Source: an uncultured Erysipelotrichaceae bacterium (GTDB lineage Bacteria > Bacillota_I > Bacilli_A > Erysipelotrichales > Erysipelotrichaceae). From it: a stretch of DNA of 64,000 bases. A program made the position numbers and the translations under genes. Shown here piece after piece: positions 57,751 through 64,000 of the stretch (positions are counted from its first letter, which is position 1; every line of letters starts with the position of its first letter). Where the stretch lies: contig CAYJFQ010000006.1 in NCBI GenBank assembly GCA_964369955.1, positions 2,763 through 66,762 of the forward strand. Reading direction: 5' to 3'. Under the pieces are notes generated by a model. That model did not search any database, was not told the origin of the DNA, and saw only the letters and a program-made list of their open reading frames with translations.

Positions 57751-58616
57751 GTGATTATAAGTTTATAATTCAGGTTAGATTTAAAAGCACAAAGAAATCA
57801 TATTCATTTGGAACAAATGTTGAAATATGGACAGAAGGAGACTACGCCGTAGTTGAAAGTCTTCATGGTTTAGAATTAGCGCGTGTAGTGACAATGGCTA
57901 GACCTATTGGGGAAGTGGAAGTGAATGATGATTTAAAGGGTATAGTGCGTAAAGCGAGTCCTAAAGATGTAGATACAGACCTAGAGAATATTAAACACTC
58001 TAAAGAGGCGTGGACTGTTTGTCAAAAGATTATTAAAAAATTGAATTTAAATATGAATTTAATTGACGCAAGTTACAATTTAGATCGCTCTAAAATTTTG
58101 TTTGTTTATGTCTCAGAAGAACGTGTGGACTTTAGAGAACTACTTAAAGAATTATCTAGTGCTTTAAGATGTCGCATTGAATTAAGACAAGTAGGACCAC
58201 GTGATAAAGCTAAGATGGTAGGAGGTCTAGGTACTTGTGGTAATGAAACTTGTTGTTCAAGGTTTATGAAAGACTTTGATGTTATTTCAATCAACATGGC
58301 TAAAAACCAATTACTTGCGTTAAATATACAAAAATTATCGGGACAGTGCGGAAAGTTAATGTGTTGTTTAAAAAATGAGGATGATATTTATTCGGAATTA
58401 AGAAAGGGACTCCCTAAACTTAATGCTCAAATTAAATATAAAGATAAGAAATTTAGAATGACAGGGCTAAACCTTTTAACCAATCAAGTAAAACTTGATA
58501 GTAGAGATGAGATCATCATGATTACAGTCGACGACTTAAGAGAAATTCTAAAAGAATATAGCGATGTCAAAGTGGTAGAAAACAATGATCAAGAGACAAC
58601 AAAGCTTCCAAAATAA
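57747..58616 (+). CDS. ricT: PSP1-domain protein RicT (YaaT)
   Basis: 289 aa with a PSP1 C-terminal region carrying the Cys cluster GTCGNETCCSRF...CGKLMCC. Confidence 0.8.
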   Translation: MSDYKFIIQVRFKSTKKSYSFGTNVEIWTEGDYAVVESLHGLELARVVTMARPIGEVEVNDDLKGIVRKASPKDVDTDLENIKHSKEAWTVCQKIIKKLNLNMNLIDASYNLDRSKILFVYVSEERVDFRELLKELSSALRCRIELRQVGPRDKAKMVGGLGTCGNETCCSRFMKDFDVISINMAKNQLLALNIQKLSGQCGKLMCCLKNEDDIYSELRKGLPKLNAQIKYKDKKFRMTGLNLLTNQVKLDSRDEIIMITVDDLREILKEYSDVKVVENNDQETTKLPK

Positions 58617-59433
58617 GAAAGCTACTTTATTTTTAGTAGCCACACCAATTGGAAATCTAAACGAACTAAATCCTAGAGCTATCCAAACTTTAAAAGATGT
58701 AGAAGTGATAGCGGCCGAGGATACTCGCAATACAATTAAGCTATTACGACATTTTGAGATACCAACAAAACTAATTGCACATCACCAACATAATGAAAAA
58801 GATTCAACTAATGGTCTTCTAAAATATCTAGAAGAAGATAAAGATGTTGCGATAGTCTCAGATGCTGGATATCCATTATTATGTGACCCAGGATATGTAA
58901 TGGTTCAAGAAGTAATTAAAGAAGGTTATAATGTCGTAGTTATTAGTGGAAGCAATGCTTTATTAAATGGATTAGTCGCAAGTGGCATTGTTCCTTCACC
59001 ATTTTATTTCCATGGCTTTTTAAGTCATAGTGATAAAACATGTGAAAATGAATTACTGGATATGGTTGACTACCCAATGACACTAGTTTTTTATGAATCG
59101 GTATATCGTGTTACCAGAACATTGGAATTAATGTTAGAAGTTTTTGGAGATCGTCAAATTTGCGTCGCTAGAGAATTAACAAAACTCTATGAAGAGTATA
59201 TTAGAGGAAGTATCTCAGAAGTGTTAGAATCAATTGGTCAATGCAAAGGAGAATTTGTCCTAATCGTTGAAGGAAAAATAAACATCAAACCCGACATTGA
59301 TATCAAGGATTTAATGGTCGAAGTTGAAAACTATTTAAGTCAAGGATTAACAACTAATCAAGCTATTAAGAAAGTGGCCAGTGAAAATAATGTTTCTAAA
59401 AATAAACTATACCAAATATTTCACCAAGCTTAA
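58585..59433 (+). CDS. rsmI: 16S rRNA (cytidine1402-2'-O)-methyltransferase
   Basis: 282 aa. LFLVATPIGNL and EDTR motifs are present. The start overlaps ricT by 32 nt. Confidence 0.9.
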   Translation: MIKRQQSFQNKKATLFLVATPIGNLNELNPRAIQTLKDVEVIAAEDTRNTIKLLRHFEIPTKLIAHHQHNEKDSTNGLLKYLEEDKDVAIVSDAGYPLLCDPGYVMVQEVIKEGYNVVVISGSNALLNGLVASGIVPSPFYFHGFLSHSDKTCENELLDMVDYPMTLVFYESVYRVTRTLELMLEVFGDRQICVARELTKLYEEYIRGSISEVLESIGQCKGEFVLIVEGKINIKPDIDIKDLMVEVENYLSQGLTTNQAIKKVASENNVSKNKLYQIFHQA

Positions 59434-59436
59434 AAT

Positions 59437-60510
59437 ATGAAAAGAAAATTAAATATCGGAAGACTGTTACTATTTATTGGATGCATTATAGCTTGCCTAG
59501 CCATACTAGGTTTTTTAGTTGTTAACATTCATCAATTCATTCTACAATCACAAATTACTATAAAATTCAAAGATGAAATCACAACAGTCGAAGTATTAGA
59601 CTCAACATTTAAAACATCAGATGCAGTGGAAAGCAGTTCTGGAGCTGTGACTTACCCAACCCTATCAACTGACAAAACAGGCGAGTTCCAAGTAATCTAT
59701 ACAGTTACAGATGAAAATCAAAACACTAAAGAATTTGAACATACTATTAAAGTAATTGATAGTATTCCTCCAACAGTAAATATTAACTCAAGAGTAGTAT
59801 TCATCCAACAACAAGACTATGACCTATCACTGAATTTAATAGGAGATTCACAAGACCAATACGATGGACTAATAGAGACGGAAATTACCGGGGAAATAAA
59901 AGAATTACCAGGAGTTTATGTTGTGTCCTATAGTGCAACAGACTCAAGTGGAAACAAGAGTGTTGAGGAAGTCTACTATCTTTACAACATCACTCCAGAA
60001 ACAATACTAGAACCTTTTATGATTGATGAGGTAATAGTGGTAAACCATAAAATACCACTTCCAAAAGATTACGATCCAGGAAGAAGTATCGAGGCTGACC
60101 AATTAATGAGATCGTTAATTGATGCAGGCAAAGAAGAAGGTTATCATTTTATTGAGAAAGCGAGTTATCGTAGTTATGACACTCAACAACAAATATACGA
60201 CTTAGAAAAACCAAACTATACAATTCACGAATTTGAAATGTATGTCGCAAAACCTGGATACTCTGAATACCAAACAGGATTAACCTTCAGCATCACAGAT
60301 GGATCTACAGACTTTTCAAACTCACCAGCTTATCAATGGTTAATTGATAACTGTGCAGAATACGGATTTATCCTTAGATATCCAGAAGGAAAAGAAGATA
60401 TAACTGGCTTTGCCTACGATCCTACAACCCTTAGATATGTAGGCGCAAAGATAGCTCCAGAAATAATGGAAAGTAATCTCACATTAGAAGAATACTTGAA
60501 TATCGATTAA
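59437..60510 (+). CDS. Membrane-anchored LdcB/VanY (M15B)-like protein with an Ig-like (DUF5011-type) domain; zinc ligands substituted
   Basis: 357 aa. N-terminal TM, an Ig-like segment (PPTVNIN...GVYVVSYSATDSSGN) and a C-terminal M15B fold (SYRSYDTQQQIY, GFILRYPEGKEDITG). It reads SEYQTGLTFS where the family has SxHxxGxAxD, and DPTTLRY where the family has EPWHxRY. Confidence 0.75.
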   Translation: MKRKLNIGRLLLFIGCIIACLAILGFLVVNIHQFILQSQITIKFKDEITTVEVLDSTFKTSDAVESSSGAVTYPTLSTDKTGEFQVIYTVTDENQNTKEFEHTIKVIDSIPPTVNINSRVVFIQQQDYDLSLNLIGDSQDQYDGLIETEITGEIKELPGVYVVSYSATDSSGNKSVEEVYYLYNITPETILEPFMIDEVIVVNHKIPLPKDYDPGRSIEADQLMRSLIDAGKEEGYHFIEKASYRSYDTQQQIYDLEKPNYTIHEFEMYVAKPGYSEYQTGLTFSITDGSTDFSNSPAYQWLIDNCAEYGFILRYPEGKEDITGFAYDPTTLRYVGAKIAPEIMESNLTLEEYLNID

Positions 60511-60515
60511 ATTTT

Positions 60516-60590
60516 GCCCCCATAGTAAAAGGGATATTACAAGCCCCTCCTAAGGGTTAGTTGTAGGTTCGAGTCCTACTGGGGGTGCCA
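60516..60590 (+). tRNA. tRNA-Arg (anticodon CCT)
   Basis: A 75-nt cloverleaf was built by hand. Acceptor GCCCCCA/TGGGGGT (G1-U72). D arm GTAA-AAGGGATA-TTAC. Anticodon arm AGCCC-CTCCTAA-GGGTT. T arm GTAGG-TTCGAGT-CCTAC. Discriminator G with an encoded CCA. Confidence 0.9.
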
Positions 60591-60630
60591 TTTTTTGAAA
60601 TTTAAGCTAAGTAGAAATAGGTAGTTTTTA

Positions 60631-61113
60631 TTGTATAATTACATATTGATTATTGTGGAGGTCTTTAAAATAAAAAAAAGAATTAGTTCTAGAGGTGTTA
60701 TAATAGAAAATAATAATGTATATGCTATATTTAGAAGAAAATTAAAAGACGATGGGACAAAAAAGGAATATTATGTTATACCAGGTGGTGGCATCAATGA
60801 AAATGAAACATTAGAAGATAATGTAATTAGAGAAATGAAAGAAGAATTATCTGTTGATGTTAAAATTAAAGGATATTTGGGAAAAGATGAAAATAAAGAT
60901 TCAATAGCCTATTTTTTTAGTTGTGAAATTATAGGTGGCATTCCAAAACTAAGTGGAGAAGAACTTGAACGATGTTCAGAATCTAATTATTATGAAATCA
61001 GGAAAATTTCGATAAATGATTTAAATAAAATAGATATATTATCTATAGATATGATTTTAAAAGCCATTGATATTGAATATACAGAAAAAGAAGTTGTAAA
61101 AAAATACTTATAA
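60631..61113 (+). CDS. NUDIX hydrolase (start codon unresolved)
   Basis: The Nudix box GGGINENETLEDNVIREMKEELSV is present. The ORF opens at TTG 60631, but an extended -10 (TGTATAAT, 60632-39) and SD GGAGG (60657-61) lie inside it. The in-frame codon at the right distance from the SD is ATA (60670). Confidence 0.7.
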   Translation: MYNYILIIVEVFKIKKRISSRGVIIENNNVYAIFRRKLKDDGTKKEYYVIPGGGINENETLEDNVIREMKEELSVDVKIKGYLGKDENKDSIAYFFSCEIIGGIPKLSGEELERCSESNYYEIRKISINDLNKIDILSIDMILKAIDIEYTEKEVVKKYL

Positions 61114-61272
61114 GTATGAGAAATATAAAATGAAAAATTTTATTATAAAATAATAAATTATTCTAAAAAATCAAATAAAACCATATTTTAATAAAAATTT
61201 ATAACCTGTTTATAATACGTGCCATTTGTTTAATGGCAAATAAAAGATAGCAAACCAAAATTATATAAGAAC

Positions 61273-61313
61273 AAGACTCCAGAAATTTAAACACTTTAAA
61301 TTTGTGGAGTCTT
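61273..61313 (+). repeat. 19-bp-arm inverted repeat (hairpin, possible terminator)
   Basis: AAGACTCCAGAAATTTAAA-CAC-TTTAAATTTGTGGAGTCTT with a single mismatch, followed by TATTGTT. Confidence 0.7.
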
Positions 61314-61381
61314 TATTGTTAAAGGGCAACTACCTCAATATAGATTTTAATAACATACTCTTCAATACTATTAATTGATAA

Positions 61382-62112
61382 CTAATCTAAAATCATATAC
61401 TCAAAAAAGTATTTGCCAAGTGTTAGTTTATTTTCATTTGCATAGTCAATTATGTTATGATAAGCATCTTCAATTGTAAAGTAACCATCTTGATGATAAT
61501 AGTTTAAATAATTACCAACTTTTTTATAAGAGTAGAATTGCCTTTGTTTTTGTTTTACTGAAATGGTAATCAAAAAAAGTTATGTTCTCAAAGTCCTCAT
61601 TCTTAATGATATGACCAACTGCACAAGATAGATTTAAGGCACTATCACTAGAGTTTCTAATATGTTGAGAAAATGTTTTGTAGTAACCGTCATCCTCACT
61701 TTTAGTTATGTATAAAATTTCTTTTTCTTCAAAAATTATTTGAAATTTATTATCATAACTGTTGAAGTAAGTTTCAATAGCATTTTCTTTTTCTTTGATT
61801 AAGTTAATCGTGCAATTTGTTTTGCTAACTTCATTTTCTAATTTTATTTTGTGTTATTTTAATAAGTTCAAAAAAGTTATCATGGTTTCAGCAATTCATG
61901 TAATTCTTTATTGCATTTAAAGTGAGATCTATATTTTTTAAGGATTTTATTAGAAAAAACGATTAGACTTGAAAAGTAGATTAAGCACGAAAACCATTAG
62001 CTGATTTTTCTTTAGGAGAAAATGCTCCTTCCTTATCATAGTAAAATAAAGTATGTTTAGAAACTCCTACTAATCTTGCAAATTCACTTGTTGAGATTAA
62101 ATTCTTAAAAAT
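61382..62112 (-). pseudogene. Decayed MerR-family regulator (HTH plus GyrI-like effector domain) with multiple stops and frameshifts
   Basis: The minus strand reads ...LISTSEFARLVGVSKHTLFYYDKEGAFSPKEKSANGFRA-stop. The same frame continues STFQV-stop-SFFLIKSLKNIDLTLNAIKNYMNC-stop. The effector-domain part lies in another frame (NLIKEKENAIETYF...GYYKTF...). The last 63 aa are the track ORF 61382..61573. Confidence 0.75.
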
Positions 62113-62123
62113 GTTATTTCCCC

Positions 62124-62154
62124 TTGCATATAGAGTAACTCTATAATGTATACT
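62124..62154 (+). promoter_or_regulatory. MerR-type promoter/operator driving the GNAT gene
   Basis: TTGCAT (62124-29), a 19-nt spacer and TATACT (62149-54). The spacer contains the perfect dyad ATAGAGT-A-ACTCTAT (62130-44). Confidence 0.6.
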
Positions 62155-62183
62155 ACTATTGTACTGAAATAAGGAGTAATAAT

Positions 62184-62726
62184 ATGCAATTAATTGAAAA
62201 AAATATCACTAAAAAATTAAAGGATTATGATGAAATTGGAGAATTTATGAAAAGAGTTTTCCCAAAAGAAGAACTAATGCCGATGTGGTTAATATGTTTA
62301 GTTTCTAAAATGAAGAACTATAACTTTAAAGCCTACTATGATGGCGAAATGTTTGTCGGGTTACTGTTCACTATTAATTCTAAAGATTCACTATTTGTTT
62401 TCTATATCGCAGTTAATGATGAAGTTCAATCAAAAGGATATGGCACTAAGCTATTAGCAGAACTATTTAGACAATATCCAGATAAACCAATATCACTATT
62501 CATCGAGACAATGGATGATACACAAGCAACTAACTATCAACAAAGAGTAAAAAGACTTACTTTTTATAAACGTAATGGATTTTATCATACAGGAATAAAA
62601 GCAGGAACTAAAACACCGTTTATCGATATTCTTTCTACGAATGAAAACTTCAGTGTTAAAGAAGCTAAGAAATTACTTAGAATGATGCCAATGAAGATAT
62701 TTACTTCAGAACTAAACAATCAGTAA
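62184..62726 (+). CDS. GNAT-family N-acetyltransferase
   Basis: 180 aa with SD AAGGAG. The acetyl-CoA motif is VNDEVQSKGYGTKLL (Q/RxxGxG/A). Confidence 0.8.
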   Translation: MQLIEKNITKKLKDYDEIGEFMKRVFPKEELMPMWLICLVSKMKNYNFKAYYDGEMFVGLLFTINSKDSLFVFYIAVNDEVQSKGYGTKLLAELFRQYPDKPISLFIETMDDTQATNYQQRVKRLTFYKRNGFYHTGIKAGTKTPFIDILSTNENFSVKEAKKLLRMMPMKIFTSELNNQ

Positions 62727-62807
62727 CTTTATTTTTGTTAAATATTGTAACTAAGTGTAATATAAGTAATAATTAAAGATAGATTTATACAAACGGAGGA
62801 GTATAGT

Positions 62808-63809
62808 ATGCCCTTAATAATAGTAAGAAATGATATTACAAAAATGGAAGTGGATGCAATTGTCAATGCCGCTAACAATTCTTTATTAGGCGGTGGTGGA
62901 GTTAATGGTGCAATCCATGCGGCTGCCGGACCTAGATTATTAACTGAGTGTAGAACTTTAGGTGGATGCGAAACGGGTCAAGCAAAAATTACTAAAGCTT
63001 ATAACTTAAAATCTAAATATGTTATTCATACCGTAGGACCAGTTTGGAATAGAGGTAATAAAGAAGAAGAAAAGTTATTGGCTGATAGTTATAAAAACTC
63101 ATTGCAATTAGCTATTGATAATAACTTAGAAAGCGTTGCCTTCCCATTAATTTCTACTGGAGCTTTTAAGCTACCAATAGATAATGCTATAAATATCGCG
63201 ACAACTGTCATTAGAAATTTCTTAATAGAACATGAGATGACAATTTATTTAGTTGTATATGATAGAAAATCTTTAATAATTTCCCAAGATTTATTTGAAG
63301 ATGTATCACAATATATCGATGATAATTATGTTGACCAACACACAAGTCCAAGCAGAATTACTTTATTGAATAGTGAACATAGAAATTCTTACAGCATACC
63401 CCCAATCAGAAAAAAACCTGATAGCTCAATAACTGAACGGAACTTAGAAAATATGCTTCTAGATATTGAAGATACATTCTCAGAAAGGTTATTAAAGTTA
63501 ATTGATATAAAAGGCTATACTGATGTAGAAACCTATAAGAAGGCAAATATAGATCGAAGATTATTCTCAAAAATAAAAGGAAGTAAAAACTATCGACCTA
63601 AAAAACAAACAGTCATTGCTTTTTGTTTGGCTCTAGAATTAAACATTGACGAAACTAAAGATTTCTTATTAACTGCTGGTTATGCTCTTTCGAATAGTAG
63701 TCAGTTTGATTTAATAATTCGATACCATATTGATAATGAGATTTATGATGTCTATGAGGTAAATCAATCTCTATTCCACTTTAATCAAAATCTATTAGGG
63801 GTAGAATAA
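62808..63809 (+). CDS. Macrodomain (ADP-ribose / O-acetyl-ADP-ribose hydrolase-like) fused to a C-terminal HTH-like module
   Basis: 333 aa with SD GGAGGAG. The N-terminus DAIVNAANNSLLGGGGVNGAIH...FPLISTG is a canonical macrodomain. The C-terminal ~120 aa (FSERLLKLIDIKGYTDVETYKKANIDRRLFSKIK...AFCLALELNIDETKDFLLTAGYALS) resemble an XRE-like HTH module common in Clostridia. Confidence 0.85.
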   Translation: MPLIIVRNDITKMEVDAIVNAANNSLLGGGGVNGAIHAAAGPRLLTECRTLGGCETGQAKITKAYNLKSKYVIHTVGPVWNRGNKEEEKLLADSYKNSLQLAIDNNLESVAFPLISTGAFKLPIDNAINIATTVIRNFLIEHEMTIYLVVYDRKSLIISQDLFEDVSQYIDDNYVDQHTSPSRITLLNSEHRNSYSIPPIRKKPDSSITERNLENMLLDIEDTFSERLLKLIDIKGYTDVETYKKANIDRRLFSKIKGSKNYRPKKQTVIAFCLALELNIDETKDFLLTAGYALSNSSQFDLIIRYHIDNEIYDVYEVNQSLFHFNQNLLGVE

Positions 63810-63816
63810 TAAAAAC

Positions 63817-63845
63817 AAAGATAACTATCAATAGTTATCTTTTAA
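63817..63845 (+). terminator. Intrinsic terminator after the macrodomain gene
   Basis: AAAGATAACTAT / ATAGTTATCTTT inverted repeat followed by T residues. Confidence 0.7.
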
Positions 63846-63952
63846 ATTATTCATTTAAATTTATTACTAGTTAGATAAATTACTATGCTTGTTTATTGAA
63901 TAGAAACAAAAGATAGTGCATAATTATAAGGTTAAATTATGGGAGATAAATT

Positions 63953-64000
63953 ATGGACAATACTAAACAAAAAACTGATAAAGATGTGATTAAAAGATTT
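63953..64000 (+). CDS. Start of an unidentified ORF that runs off the right edge
   Basis: ATG at 63953 after SD GGGAGA. Only MDNTKQKTDKDVIKRF is visible. Confidence 0.3.
   Translation, partial: MDNTKQKTDKDVIKRF

Noticed and set aside
60591-64000. A mobile element or prophage remnant at tRNA-Arg.
   Set aside because: No integrase, transposase or repeat of the tRNA 3' end is visible up to the window edge. I report it only as an accessory-looking patch.

Overview
This is a visibly AT-rich chromosome segment that uses the standard genetic code: TGA terminates ORFs at 1294-1296 and 20615-20617, and no in-frame TGA read-through is needed anywhere. It comes from a low-GC Gram-positive anaerobe (Bacillota). 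Rubredoxin, a glycyl-radical enzyme and several Fe-S fusion proteins fit an Erysipelotrichia/Clostridia-like lifestyle, but I cannot name the taxon without a search.

Most of the window is core housekeeping:
- ychF 3' end
- a pseudouridine module (psuK-psuG)
- pgk-tpiA-eno, with gpmI about 45 kb away
- degV and azlCD
- the trans-translation cluster secG-rnr-smpB-ssrA
- an M18 aminopeptidase, a CDF transporter and rlmA
- a P-type ATPase behind a probable Mn2+ (yybP-ykoY) riboswitch
- an eight-gene translationally coupled shikimate/Phe/Tyr operon
- an MscS channel
- pncA-pncB
- a BMP-type nucleoside ABC transporter
- tmk-holB-ricT-rsmI
- one tRNA-Arg(CCU)

I saw no rRNA, CRISPR array, IS element, integrase or phage gene.

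Two patches look accessory. The first lies right after ssrA (17.3-22.7 kb) and holds an orphan class B sortase plus a pseudo-kinase / HisKA_3 kinase / NarL-type regulator trio. The second lies right after tRNA-Arg (60.6-64.0 kb) and holds a NUDIX gene, a decayed MerR gene with an intact operator, a GNAT gene and a macrodomain-HTH fusion.

The observations I rate highest:
1. pncA-pncB is packed into one operon with a short YjjI-type glycyl-radical enzyme of unknown function and its YjjW activase.
2. The aromatic operon is fronted by a strong promoter, a 23-codon leader ORF reading F-Y-Y-Y and an intrinsic terminator. No T-box motif is present.
3. The three-component sensor has a His-to-Phe pseudo-kinase.
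4. The LdcB/VanY-like peptidase has lost all three zinc ligands.
5. A MerR-type 19-bp-spacer promoter is left without its regulator.

All family calls are made by eye from motifs. No database search or RNA folding was possible.
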